Assembly (NCBI GenBank): GCA_965249275.1
Contig: CBDFLQ010000007.1
Coordinates: 32,001 to 96,000 of the forward strand
DNA length: 64,000 nt
DNA from: Dehalococcoidia bacterium
GTDB taxonomy: Bacteria; Chloroflexota; Dehalococcoidia; Plut-88900
Direction: 5' to 3'
Shown: piece after piece, positions 28,276 to 38,429 of the stretch
Layout: each line of letters starts with the position of its first letter
Numbering within the stretch: position 1 is the first letter of the stretch
Position numbers and translations under genes: made by a program
Notes under the pieces: generated by a model
Told to the model about the DNA's origin: nothing
Databases searched by the model: none
Seen by the model: only the letters and a program-made list of their open reading frames with translations

Positions 28276-28956
28276 ATGCTAACGTACAAGAATCGGGACA
28301 TCCCCGAGACCTTCGCCGAGATAGTCGACCCGAAACACACTGCCCTAATCGTCCACGAGATGCTCAACGATTTCCTGAACCCCAACGGGGAGTTCGCAAG
28401 GACCATCCCCGACAACCCCCTGGTGAAATGCATGCCCGATCAGGTCGGGCCCCTGATCAACCTGGTCAACGAGGCCCGGGCAGCCGGTGTGAAGGTCATA
28501 TACGTCGGCTGGACGAACTACCCCGACAACAGCACCCGTGCGGACCCCGAGATCCGGCTCGCCTACGATCAGATCATGGACGGGACCTACGTCATGCAGC
28601 GGTGCCTGATGGAAAACACCTGGGGCCACGACGTGATAGACGAACTCAAGCCCGCGCCCGGAGACCTTGTGATCAACAAGTACAAGCGTGACGCCTTCGC
28701 CGGGACCAGCCTTGAGGCCATCCTCCAGTGGAACCGGATAAAGACCTTCATCATCGTTGGGATTGGGGTCCACGTCGGGATCATCCCGACGGTCAGCAAC
28801 GGGATGAACAAAGGTTACTTCACGGTTACTCCCGAGGACTGCATGGTCTCCCACGAGCGTGACTGGGTGGAGACTTCCATGAAGTTCTTCAGGATGTGGG
28901 GCTTCACCAACCCGTCCTCCGACATCATCGCCGCCTGGAAGGGTGAGGGGAACTAG
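28276..28956 (+). CDS. Isochorismatase/cysteine-hydrolase family protein lacking the catalytic Cys
   Basis: TALIVHEMLNDF, ELKPAPGDLVINKYKRDAF and GIGVHVGI. Confidence 0.85.
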   Translation: MLTYKNRDIPETFAEIVDPKHTALIVHEMLNDFLNPNGEFARTIPDNPLVKCMPDQVGPLINLVNEARAAGVKVIYVGWTNYPDNSTRADPEIRLAYDQIMDGTYVMQRCLMENTWGHDVIDELKPAPGDLVINKYKRDAFAGTSLEAILQWNRIKTFIIVGIGVHVGIIPTVSNGMNKGYFTVTPEDCMVSHERDWVETSMKFFRMWGFTNPSSDIIAAWKGEGN

Positions 28957-30560
28957 GCGGAATGTGACGCCTCTCCCTCGAGCATAGTCTTCAGGACGTC
29001 GTTCGTGCCGACGGAGCCGAGAAGCGCTCCGGACTCGCGGTCGACCACCGGGAAGACCGTGACGGCGTGCTCCGCCATCTGCTCCAGGAAGTCGTCGAGG
29101 GGTTCGTCGGGGTAAGTGACGACGGGCCTGCGATTCACCAGGCTTCCGATGCGGATGTTCGGCCAGGTATTTTGCGGCAAGCGGCGTACCCTGCGAAGTG
29201 AAAGAGTGCCGGCCAACTTCCCTTGGTCCTCGGTTACTACGTAGTCCTGTCGCTCATGTCCTGCCCACAGCTCCATGAACTGCTGCACCGTCAGGTTGGC
29301 ATTTGCGAAGCGCCGTCCCTTCTCCAGAATGTTGTTGACGGTGAGACCCTGGAGAGAGAATCGGGCGAAGGAAGGCACGATTGAGGTCGGGAGGGTTGCC
29401 TGCCGGGTTTCGTCGGTTCTCCTGATAGCCAGTCCCATGATTGGAGGCACCGCGAATATAAAACCGATCATGAGGAGCGTTAGCAGGGAGAACATCTCCC
29501 GCGAAATCACTTCGTTTTCCAGGAGAATGTGAAGGAAAGCTATTTCGATCACTCCTTTACCCATGATGCCGGAAGCCACCGCGAATCGACGCGACAATCG
29601 GGCCACCGTGACTCCCATCAAAGACCCTGCGGCTTTGGCAAATATCACCACTGGGATGACGGTTGCGAGGGTCGAGGCGGGCAAATTCGTGAAGGAAAGG
29701 TCCACTTGAGTCCCGGCGGAAGCGAAGAACAAGGGGATGAATACGCCTTGGGACAGGCCGCGAATCGAGGGCAGGATTTCGTTACGGAGTCGGCGGGGAA
29801 GGCCCGAGTTGACCATGCCGAATACCAGGGCGGCCAGTGCCTCGTCCATCCCGATCTCATGGGCGCCCCATACCACTATGAACAGGCTGCCTACCATAAG
29901 TGCAGAGGCAAGCTGGGGCGCTCCGATAATCCTTCTCAAGGAGACAAGGACCCGCGGTACAACCTTCGCTGAGAGCACCCATGACGCAACTACAAACAGA
30001 ATGATCTCTCCGAGCAAGACCACTATTTTCCAGCCCCCCAGCCCGCCGGGATGCGACGATTCCTCTAGCGCGAAACCCGCAACCAGCAGGCCGACAATCT
30101 CGACAATTACCACGGTAGTGAAGATTTCCAGGCCAACTGAGTCTTTCAACTTGCCGAGGTCTCCCAGCACGCGGGCGGCTATGCCCAGGCTCGAGAGTCC
30201 CATCAGGGAGGCCAAAGTGACGGCGTTGGGTACGGATAGGTCTATCACGTAGAGAAAGACCACCAGGTTGGCGGTAAATGGGACGGCGAAGCTGATGAGA
30301 GCGGCGACGAAGAAGCGGCCACGCAGGGTCCCGATGAAGCCGGATATGTCTATCTCATCGATTCCGATGAGGAAGAAAAGAAAGAGAACCCCGACTTCGA
30401 AGAAGAGCTTGGCTTCCTCGCCGGGCTCAAACCAGATGCCCAATATGATGCCCACGACGAGGTAGGCCAGGAGGGAGCTCTGTTTGAAGCGGACAGCCGC
30501 GCCCTCCAGCAGTTTGGCGCATACGAGGACGAGGCCAATGATCAGGAAATCGCTGGTCAT
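28953..30560 (-). CDS. CPA2 cation:proton antiporter with a C-terminal CBS pair
   Basis: SSLGIAARVL, FIPLFFASAG and GKGVIEI, followed by soluble CBS-like repeats (YVVTEDQGKLAG; FPVVDRESGALLG). Confidence 0.87.
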   Translation of the reverse strand: MTSDFLIIGLVLVCAKLLEGAAVRFKQSSLLAYLVVGIILGIWFEPGEEAKLFFEVGVLFLFFLIGIDEIDISGFIGTLRGRFFVAALISFAVPFTANLVVFLYVIDLSVPNAVTLASLMGLSSLGIAARVLGDLGKLKDSVGLEIFTTVVIVEIVGLLVAGFALEESSHPGGLGGWKIVVLLGEIILFVVASWVLSAKVVPRVLVSLRRIIGAPQLASALMVGSLFIVVWGAHEIGMDEALAALVFGMVNSGLPRRLRNEILPSIRGLSQGVFIPLFFASAGTQVDLSFTNLPASTLATVIPVVIFAKAAGSLMGVTVARLSRRFAVASGIMGKGVIEIAFLHILLENEVISREMFSLLTLLMIGFIFAVPPIMGLAIRRTDETRQATLPTSIVPSFARFSLQGLTVNNILEKGRRFANANLTVQQFMELWAGHERQDYVVTEDQGKLAGTLSLRRVRRLPQNTWPNIRIGSLVNRRPVVTYPDEPLDDFLEQMAEHAVTVFPVVDRESGALLGSVGTNDVLKTMLEGEASHSA

Positions 30561-31471
30561 GCTGTGAGGCGGGGCAATGCAGCAGCGAGCGCCTTAATGT
30601 GGTCGGGCGTTGTGCCGCAGCACCCACCTATGGCCCGCGCTCCGAGCCCACTCCACTCCTTGGCGTAATCCAGGTATTCCTCGGGGGACATAGACTCTTC
30701 AAAGTCCCATCCCACGCCTTGATACACGGCGCCCTGTGCGTAGGCGCCTATTGGCATATTGTGATGTCCGGCCAGCTCCCTGAGGGCAGCCGTGACGTAC
30801 GGGGCCTGGCAGCAGTTGAGGAATAGCACCGAGGCGCTCGCATCTCTAACGGCGGCCTGAGCGTCCAGGATGCTTTCCCCTGACTTGACTCTGCCTTCCT
30901 CGTCGACCACGAATCCGGCCCAGGCAGGCATCCCGGCCTCAACGGCGGCCTTAACCCCCGCGACGGCCTCGTGGATTTTGGTGCATGTCTCGACGAGGAT
31001 TACGTCGACACCCGCTTGAGCCAGGACACGGACCTGCTCCCGATAGGCGGACAAGCATTCGTCGTATGGGAGGACGGCATCTGGGTTGTAGGACTGGCTG
31101 AGGGGGCCCAGGGAGCCAGCGACGATCACTTCACGGTCGGGCGCTGCAGCCCGAGCCTCAAGGGCGGCCTTTGCGGCCAGCTCGTTGAGTCGTACCACCT
31201 CGGCCTCGGCCTTCGCCTTGGAGATCCAGCCGATGTGGGTCAGCTTACCGACGTTGCAGTTATAAGTGTTGGTAATTGTTACTTCGGCCCCGGCACGGAT
31301 GAAGTCTTCGTGGATCTCCCGGATGCCTTCCGGGGACTCCAGCATCGCCGCTACCGAGAGCTCCGACGACCCTGCGGCGATGCCATGCCTTTTGATCTCG
31401 GTGCCCATTCCGCCGTCGAGGATGACGGCGTCGCCCCGGGCCAGTTTGGCGGTCAACGCAGCGAGGCTCAT
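30557..31471 (-). CDS. Homocysteine S-methyltransferase family protein
   Basis: ILDGGMGTE, AGSLGP, LNCC and Zn-binding GGCCGTTP. Confidence 0.9.
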   Translation of the reverse strand: MSLAALTAKLARGDAVILDGGMGTEIKRHGIAAGSSELSVAAMLESPEGIREIHEDFIRAGAEVTITNTYNCNVGKLTHIGWISKAKAEAEVVRLNELAAKAALEARAAAPDREVIVAGSLGPLSQSYNPDAVLPYDECLSAYREQVRVLAQAGVDVILVETCTKIHEAVAGVKAAVEAGMPAWAGFVVDEEGRVKSGESILDAQAAVRDASASVLFLNCCQAPYVTAALRELAGHHNMPIGAYAQGAVYQGVGWDFEESMSPEEYLDYAKEWSGLGARAIGGCCGTTPDHIKALAAALPRLTA

Positions 31472-31489
31472 TCCGGCACCCCCTATGTG

Positions 31490-32185
31490 CTACTCTCTCA
31501 TCCCTTCCAGTACGGTCGCGACACCCTTCTGCAGGTCCTCGAACACCTCGCGGACGCTGCGTCGCGCGTCAATCGTCTCAAACTCGTACTGTTTGGAGAG
31601 GCTGCGAAATTCCTCGATGAGCGACTCCTGGTAGCGGACGAAGCTGGCGTAACGATCGGGCTCCCGAAGGAAGTCGTGCCCCGACTCCCAGTGATCGAGC
31701 TCACGGTTTGCCATGACGCGGGGAATCAGGTGTTCCAAGTCCACGTCCAAGAAATAGATTTTATCCGGTACCATTGCGAACTCCATCACGTCGTCGAGCC
31801 ATTGGGGGGGGACGCCTCGAACCCTGGCACGCGCCATAATTGAGAAGATGTAGCGGTCGCCCAGGATGACCATGCCGGCCTCAAGCGCCGGCAATATGCT
31901 CCTCTCCATTCGGTCCCAGAAATCGGTAGCGTAGAAGAGGTTGAGGGTAAGGTAGTCAAGGATATGCCCCCGCTTGGCGCGGTCTATCCCGCTGCCCGTG
32001 AGCGAGGAGCGCCTGAATCCCGTGTCGGAAACGGCAAAACCCTCCGTCTCCAGCCATTCCTTGAGCAGCGCTATCTGGGTGGACCGCCCGACACCGTCGG
32101 TTCCTTCGATTACGATGAGGCGGCCCGGCAGCGGTTTCTCCCCCAGCTTGAGGGGTGTGTGACCATAGAACGTTGGAATCTTCAT
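31490..32185 (-). CDS. Thymidylate-kinase-like protein with a degenerate P-loop (putative PPK3 regulatory subunit)
   Basis: LIVIEGTDGVGRST (K->R), LFYATDF and ILGDRY. Confidence 0.8.
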   Translation of the reverse strand: MKIPTFYGHTPLKLGEKPLPGRLIVIEGTDGVGRSTQIALLKEWLETEGFAVSDTGFRRSSLTGSGIDRAKRGHILDYLTLNLFYATDFWDRMERSILPALEAGMVILGDRYIFSIMARARVRGVPPQWLDDVMEFAMVPDKIYFLDVDLEHLIPRVMANRELDHWESGHDFLREPDRYASFVRYQESLIEEFRSLSKQYEFETIDARRSVREVFEDLQKGVATVLEGMRE

Positions 32186-32234
32186 CAGCGTATCCTCGTA
32201 GCGTTCTGATCGCGCAGGTGGATTTGGCGGGAGG

Positions 32235-33059
32235 CTAGCCCTCGGTAAGAATGGGATCGGTCAGACGCTGGTATCCAGTGGGCGGCAAGTAGCGGCCTGT
32301 TAACCCGGTGCTGGACAGGGCGTCAGGTACGCTGTGGCTGTCGAATTGCATGATTCCCGGGAGCAGGGGCTCGACGTACTTTCTGACCTTTTGCTGCTGC
32401 GCGGCTATTGTCTGAGTGGCGTCTATGGTTACTAGGCCGTACTCATCCGTGAGCCTGCCGTATTCCTCCAGGAGACGGCCCTGGAACTTGCGGAAAGACT
32501 CCTCTCGGCTGGAGGAGAGCCCCAAGTCCTGCCCCGACTCATAGAAGCCAAGCTGGTCGCGGCCTGTGACTATCCGGCGGATCGATTCCTCCAGGGGGAC
32601 CTTGAAATAGAATGCCAGGGAGGGTCGGATGGCGAAGGAATAGACGCGGCGCAGCCAGTCTCCGTTGACCCCGCGGGCTGTGTCCCTGGCAAGGGCGGTG
32701 TAGACATAACGGTCAGCCAGAACTATGGTGCCCGACTTCAGGGCGGGTATAACCTGCGTGTAGACGCGGTTGGCGAAGTCAGCGGCGTGGATCAAGCTGA
32801 AGGACATGGGAGTCAGCATTCTCTCCTGCTTGCCCCGTTTGGTAGTCCGCTTGACGATTGGTGAGGAGTTCCACTCCGTGAAAATAGTGACGTAACCAAG
32901 CCGCTTCAGCCATTTGCCCAGCAGATCAATCTGGGTGCTCTTGCCGGAGCCGTCTATGCCCTCGACGATGATCAGGCGGCCAGGGTACTTGCCATCTTGT
33001 GGATGATTCCCGTACCTCTGGCCCATTTGGAAGTTCGCGCTCAGGTCGTTATCCGTCAT
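32235..33059 (-). CDS. Thymidylate-kinase-like protein with an intact P-loop (putative PPK3 catalytic subunit)
   Basis: LIIVEGIDGSGKST, FTEWNSS, IHAADFA and VLADRY. ATG at 33059 lies 2 nt after the ppx stop. Confidence 0.82.
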   Translation of the reverse strand: MTDNDLSANFQMGQRYGNHPQDGKYPGRLIIVEGIDGSGKSTQIDLLGKWLKRLGYVTIFTEWNSSPIVKRTTKRGKQERMLTPMSFSLIHAADFANRVYTQVIPALKSGTIVLADRYVYTALARDTARGVNGDWLRRVYSFAIRPSLAFYFKVPLEESIRRIVTGRDQLGFYESGQDLGLSSSREESFRKFQGRLLEEYGRLTDEYGLVTIDATQTIAAQQQKVRKYVEPLLPGIMQFDSHSVPDALSSTGLTGRYLPPTGYQRLTDPILTEG

Positions 33060-33061
33060 CT

Positions 33062-34684
33062 CTACCCTCGTACGATGTGCAAAGGTTGGTTGAACTCTGC
33101 ATTCCAGCGTTCCTGAAGATGGGGGGCCGAGGCCCGGGCCCATGCCGGAGTTACTATGGTGGCTACTTCCTCCCCGGAAGCATTCGTAGCCCCGCTTTTC
33201 TCCGGCGAGATGGTAACACATTCCGGCGAAACATCAGGCGGCAAACGGCGCTCGATTTCGTCGGTAACCAGCAGGATGGCAGCTGCCTGTCCTACGAACC
33301 GCTTGTCAGTGGGTGTCAACGCATCCGAACGTAGGAAGGGCTCTATAAGAATCTTGTCCTCGGCAGCCAAGAGAATTGCGGCTATCTGGGCGCACTCCCT
33401 GTGGGTAAACCCTGGCAAATCGGACCGGGTGACCAGGGCGGCCGCCCTGTCGTAGCGGTTGTAGAAATCAATTGAGCTGCCTACGTCCAGAAGAAGGGCA
33501 GCGCACCTGAGAGACGAGGTTAGACGGCGGTGGCGGCCCTGCCATACGGCCTCTGCGATACGGCCACTGATGTTGGCCCTCCGTGCCCCGCGCCGGGAGA
33601 ACCGAGGAGCGAAGCGCTGGGTCAGGTCGCGTAGGCCCTCGGATCGGATCTTGGAGCGTTTCGGCAGAGAGATAGTCTTGCCCGTTGGTATAGGGCTTGG
33701 ATGCCGAGCCAGACCCTCCCGCAACCCCTGCCCCGATACGACTATCCCCTTGGCTCCCGTGTGGGATATAAGAGTTTGTGCTATCAACGCACCCCCAACT
33801 ATGGAGTGGGTCCGCCTGCGGTTCATGCCGGGTATGAGGGCCCTTTCCTCCCTGGTTGAAGAGGTCATCATATCCATGAGAATTGCGAGTCCGTCGGGGC
33901 TTATGTAGTAGCCGTGCATTTTGGGTACGGGATGGGCAGTCCGGCGGCGGTCCAGCTTGGCTAGGAGCCGCATCGAGCCCCCGGACCCGACCAGCGCTCC
34001 ACCCTTGGGGAGAGGCGGGATTTTGGCCTCGGAGAAAAGGTCTGCGGCGTGTCGGGCGGCCGCTGCGAGGTCATTCGGTGAGGGTTTGTCCGTCAGCCGG
34101 AACAGGTTGGCGAAACGCAAGCTCCCGAGCCGCAGGGAGTCTAGAGTCTTCAGAGAACGACGGGCGAACTGCACTATCTCGGTGCTGCCGCCTCCCAGGT
34201 CCGCGAGGAGACCCCGGGCCACGGGCAGCCCGTGAATGGCACCGATGAAGCAGTAAGCGGCCTCCTCATATCCCTCGATTATCCGAAATGCGACGCCGTG
34301 CTTTTTGGTCGCGGCCTCAGTCACCTGGGAGGAGTTGAGGGATTCCCGCAAGGCCGCAGTTCCCACGCCGTGGACTTCCTTGATGCCGTATCCCGAGCAG
34401 ACTTGGGCAAAGTCCTCGATGGCGTCTATTACCCCTGCGACACCTTCTGAGTCCAGAGTCCCGTCGGCGTCGACGTGAGACATCAGGTTTAGGTTCAGTA
34501 CCTGCTGGGCTATTGGTTCTATGCCCCCGCCGGGATTCAGGCGAATTATCTCGGCCCTGGCCGAGCCGGACCCTATGTCGATAACTGCGGTCAGGGAGTC
34601 GTTGGATAAAGGAGTCGGGCCATGCGCCTCGGGGTAGAGGTCATGACGCGGCCGAGTTTGGAAGGATCGGAGTTCAGGAACCAA
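33062..34684 (-). CDS. ppx: Ppx/GppA exopolyphosphatase with an HD-like C-terminal domain
   Basis: IDIGSGS, GTAALRE, YEEA, DLGGGSTE and GLREG; C-terminal AALLLDVG (HD->LD). Confidence 0.88.
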   Translation of the reverse strand: MVPELRSFQTRPRHDLYPEAHGPTPLSNDSLTAVIDIGSGSARAEIIRLNPGGGIEPIAQQVLNLNLMSHVDADGTLDSEGVAGVIDAIEDFAQVCSGYGIKEVHGVGTAALRESLNSSQVTEAATKKHGVAFRIIEGYEEAAYCFIGAIHGLPVARGLLADLGGGSTEIVQFARRSLKTLDSLRLGSLRFANLFRLTDKPSPNDLAAAARHAADLFSEAKIPPLPKGGALVGSGGSMRLLAKLDRRRTAHPVPKMHGYYISPDGLAILMDMMTSSTREERALIPGMNRRRTHSIVGGALIAQTLISHTGAKGIVVSGQGLREGLARHPSPIPTGKTISLPKRSKIRSEGLRDLTQRFAPRFSRRGARRANISGRIAEAVWQGRHRRLTSSLRCAALLLDVGSSIDFYNRYDRAAALVTRSDLPGFTHRECAQIAAILLAAEDKILIEPFLRSDALTPTDKRFVGQAAAILLVTDEIERRLPPDVSPECVTISPEKSGATNASGEEVATIVTPAWARASAPHLQERWNAEFNQPLHIVRG

Positions 34685-34955
34685 GACGCTGCAGTTTTCT
34701 CAGAAGGCTTGTTCCTTGTCAAACACAGAATGGCGGGCATGCGAGCAGTGCTCAGGTAAAGGCGCGGGTTTCAGTTCCGATGATAATACAGGCCTTCAAA
34801 GGGGCGCAACGTGTCGCGGGACATCCCCCTGCTCCCGAAATCATCGTCTTGCCCTTTATCGTTGTACACCTAGCGGTCGATGTCATTCATCTACGCTAAT
34901 TCAGTACAATGCCCATAAATGTATTAGTTCAAACATGGCATAGGCATATGACTCT

Positions 34956-37900
34956 TTGACTCATTCATACAATCTCCGAATCGGAGTGACCCTGGCCGTA
35001 CTCGTCATTGCAGCGAGTGTTTTCCTGGGATGGTCGGCACTATCCCTGCCTGCGTTGGCGAACGGGAATGATTGGGGGATGGTTGAAGTAAGTGAAGTCA
35101 CAAAGACTCGGGCCAAGGTGACGGTCACCTTCGTCGACGAAACCGCAAGCGGCCATGCGTATTGGCGCTTCCGCACGACCATGCCCGAGGGACAATGGCT
35201 CGGACTTGACGGGGTCTCGGTCATCGGCGGTATCTCCGTATTCGATATTGCTATGCTGAGCCCCGGGACCGATTATGAGTTACAAGTGTCTCTCGACGGG
35301 GATTTTTTGCAGACTGACATCCTATCTAAGAAATTTACAACCCTTCCCCCCGACCCATCCGTCTCTGAAGTGATTGTTGAAGATATCACCCTGACGGAGG
35401 GAACCGTCCTCGTAACCATTGCCAACCCAGGTACTTCGTCCAAGACGGTCTACGTCCGCTACCGCACCGACGACACCCAACCCTGGAGCAATCCGCCAAT
35501 CACCATAACCACCGTGACGGGTACGGCGATGAAAAAGCTGTCCGGCCTATCTCCCGGTACCCGGTATGAAGTAGAGGCCTCCTTGGGTGACGGTTTCCTG
35601 CCCACCGAGACTGAATCCACGACTTTCACCACCCTTCTCCCAAGGGTCTCAAGTGTGAGGCTAGAAAATGTCACCACTTCCGAGGCAATGGTCAATGTGA
35701 CCATCGCCGAACCGTGGCCTGGTGAAAATAGGGTCCACTTGCGTTACAGCATCGCGCCTTCAACACAAGCATCCTGGATTAAGCCTGCTCCAAAGTCGGT
35801 GGTTGGAGATACCGAAACGTTTGATCTGACGAGTTTAGCCCCAGCCACCGAATACGAAGTGGAAGCATCCCTGGATGGCGAGTTCATGACGGGGGTCGAG
35901 TCCGCCACCTTCACTACGGCGGCTTCCCCGAGCATCGGATCGGTGAACATGGCCGGCGTCGAGCAGAATTCAGCAAGCGCCATTGTCAGCATATTCGACT
36001 CGGATGGGACTGCCGTGACGATCAACCTGCGCTACCGCGAGACATCCAGTGGAGATTGGAATGCGGCCCAACCGAAGACGTCTACGACTGATACTATGGA
36101 CTTCACATTGTCGGGCCTGACGCCGGACACGGAATACGAGGTGGAAGTGTCGCTCGACAACGGCTTCTCTCTAAGTCAGTTCACCTTTTTCATTACCGAA
36201 TCAATGACATCCAGGCCACCCTCCCCAGTGGTTCGAATCTCCGGTCTCTTCGCAGAAGATATAACGCCTGGCTCGGTGACCGTGATTGTAATGATCGCCG
36301 GCCCGGAAAACCGAGTAACAGTGAATTTGCGGTATAGGGTCGAAGGCACGAATACGTGGAGCCGTATACTCCGCCGAACCACCGCTACGTCGACCGCTCA
36401 ATTCGAACTTGGAGGACTGACAACCGCTACGAACTACGAAATAGAAGCGTCCCTAGATCCCAACTTTCCGATCCAAGATTCCGCGTACGATATCTTCACA
36501 ACTGCAGCAGTTCGGGTCTCGGGGGTCAGGCTGGAAGACATAACCGACACAGAGGCGACCGCGATTGCAGAGATTGAAGATCCCCAAGGCCGGACTACGG
36601 TCTTCGTGCGCTACATAGCCTTGGGAACGGGGGCTTGGAGCGAACCCCAAAGCCGAATTACTAGCTCCAGTACGGTGCGTCTTTTCCTAGCGGACCTCCT
36701 GCCGGATACTCAATACGAGGTGGAGGCCTCTTCAGAGGAGAGCTTCCCCGGTGATAACTCGGCACTCGAGACATTTATCACCGAGCCCGCGCCCAGGGTC
36801 TCTGAGGCAAATGTGGAGGGCATCACCAATGTGTCCGCCACATTTGCAGTGGACATTGACAGCCCACAGGCTCAGATGAAGGTATATCTGCGGTTCCGTA
36901 TCGAGGGTACAGGGACCTGGAGTACGACCAGAACCCGTACTACCTCCATACCCAGCGCGCGGTTTTCCCTAGCGGACCTGAAGTCTGATACCGGATATGA
37001 AGTCGAGACATCCCTTGACAAGGACTTCCCCGCGGGCAGCACTGTATCTGTGGTCTTTTCTACGCAACCGAATCCCAAAGTCTCGGACGTGACAGTCGAG
37101 GACATAACGGAAAAGAGCGGGACTGCAATTGTGAAGATTGACGGGCCACAACCCCGGACAACGGTCTATCTTCGCCATCGCTCCCAGGGAGACTCAGCTT
37201 GGAACGTGCCTCAAACCCGAACAACCTCTTTGGACACTGCGCGATTTACTTTGTCGGGACTGATGCCGGACACCGGGTACAACGTAGAGATCTCACTGAA
37301 TCACGACTTCGATGAGCTCATTTCTGAGACCTTTCTCACGGCTGCAAAAAGGCCGAAGCCAACCTCCGTAACAGGAGGGCCCATTACACAGACCACGGCC
37401 GCTATCATTGTGCATATAGACGACCCTCAAGGCAGTTTGACAATCCATCTACGTATCCGAATTTGGGGCTCAAATACTTGGAACAATCCTGAAACCCTCG
37501 TAACGTCGGCCTCCGCCGCTCCCTTCGACCTGAAACGCCTTACAGGAGGCACAACCTACGAAGTCGAGGTGTCCCTTGAATCAGCCTTCCCTCCTGCGGA
37601 TACGGTTTCGGCCATCTTCACGACCACCCCTGCGACTAAGGTGTCGGGGGTGAATGTCGGAAGTGTTGCTGCAATAGAAGCCACCGTCACGGTCACAATT
37701 TCCCACTCTGAAGGGAATATCCGGACGGTCTATATGCGCTACCGCGGGCTGCCTGAGGGGGACTGGAGTGCAAGCCAAACGGAAACGGATGCGTCAACAA
37801 TGGATGCCCTTCTACCGGGCTTGATTCCCGATATGGAATACGAGGTACAGGCCTCGTTGTATGAGACTTTTCCGACTACCGACACCCAAGTACAGAGGTT

Positions 37901-38366
37901 CAATACTCTTTCCGCACAGCCCATGGAGATGCCAACCCCCGTGCCCGCAGCAACACCCACTCCTACACCTACACCCGTACCCACATCAACACCCGAACCC
38001 ATATTTACCCCCGAACCAACTCCCACATCCACACCCACAGTTGAGCCTACCATGACCCCCACCCCTCCACCCCCTCCGTCACCCACGCCCCTACCGTCTC
38101 TCACCCCTACTCCCATGGCAACTCCCAGCTATACGCCCACCCCGACCAGTGAGCCCAAACCCGCCGAGATACCTGCTCCCATGCCTACCACAATCCTAAC
38201 TGCGCCTGCACTATTATCACCCACCCCTGCACCCACCTCGACATCTCAGGCGGAGGAAGAAGAGACCGGGACAGACTTAGCCCTCGTGATCACCATAGTC
38301 ACATTGGTCATTGCCTTTACTATGGTGATCGGCTTCTTCGTATACCGCCGGAGAACGGTGAGTTAG
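34956..38366 (+). CDS. Cell-surface protein: signal peptide, 10 fibronectin type III-like repeats, Pro/Thr linker, C-terminal membrane anchor
   Basis: Ten repeats of about 95 aa with (Y/L)R..W and LxPxTxYE(V/I)xxSL, then PTPT-rich linker, TM helix and RRR stop-transfer. Start codon uncertain. Confidence 0.88.
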   Translation: MTHSYNLRIGVTLAVLVIAASVFLGWSALSLPALANGNDWGMVEVSEVTKTRAKVTVTFVDETASGHAYWRFRTTMPEGQWLGLDGVSVIGGISVFDIAMLSPGTDYELQVSLDGDFLQTDILSKKFTTLPPDPSVSEVIVEDITLTEGTVLVTIANPGTSSKTVYVRYRTDDTQPWSNPPITITTVTGTAMKKLSGLSPGTRYEVEASLGDGFLPTETESTTFTTLLPRVSSVRLENVTTSEAMVNVTIAEPWPGENRVHLRYSIAPSTQASWIKPAPKSVVGDTETFDLTSLAPATEYEVEASLDGEFMTGVESATFTTAASPSIGSVNMAGVEQNSASAIVSIFDSDGTAVTINLRYRETSSGDWNAAQPKTSTTDTMDFTLSGLTPDTEYEVEVSLDNGFSLSQFTFFITESMTSRPPSPVVRISGLFAEDITPGSVTVIVMIAGPENRVTVNLRYRVEGTNTWSRILRRTTATSTAQFELGGLTTATNYEIEASLDPNFPIQDSAYDIFTTAAVRVSGVRLEDITDTEATAIAEIEDPQGRTTVFVRYIALGTGAWSEPQSRITSSSTVRLFLADLLPDTQYEVEASSEESFPGDNSALETFITEPAPRVSEANVEGITNVSATFAVDIDSPQAQMKVYLRFRIEGTGTWSTTRTRTTSIPSARFSLADLKSDTGYEVETSLDKDFPAGSTVSVVFSTQPNPKVSDVTVEDITEKSGTAIVKIDGPQPRTTVYLRHRSQGDSAWNVPQTRTTSLDTARFTLSGLMPDTGYNVEISLNHDFDELISETFLTAAKRPKPTSVTGGPITQTTAAIIVHIDDPQGSLTIHLRIRIWGSNTWNNPETLVTSASAAPFDLKRLTGGTTYEVEVSLESAFPPADTVSAIFTTTPATKVSGVNVGSVAAIEATVTVTISHSEGNIRTVYMRYRGLPEGDWSASQTETDASTMDALLPGLIPDMEYEVQASLYETFPTTDTQVQRFNTLSAQPMEMPTPVPAATPTPTPTPVPTSTPEPIFTPEPTPTSTPTVEPTMTPTPPPPPSPTPLPSLTPTPMATPSYTPTPTSEPKPAEIPAPMPTTILTAPALLSPTPAPTSTSQAEEEETGTDLALVITIVTLVIAFTMVIGFFVYRRRTVS

Positions 38367-38429
38367 GGGTAAATCGTAGGCGTGAGTGTATAATGTGACC
38401 ACAAGAGTCCTTGTGGTCGGGAGGCTGCA

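Noticed and set aside
34750-34860. Possible RNA structure between ppx and the FN3 gene (CGATGAT/ATCATCG)
   Set aside because: Only a 7-bp match plus weak flanking pairing, within chance expectation.
37930-38240. Repetitive AC-rich DNA as a CRISPR or tandem-repeat locus
   Set aside because: It encodes the Pro/Thr linker of the FN3 protein and has no constant repeat-spacer period. No CRISPR array or cas gene was seen in the window.
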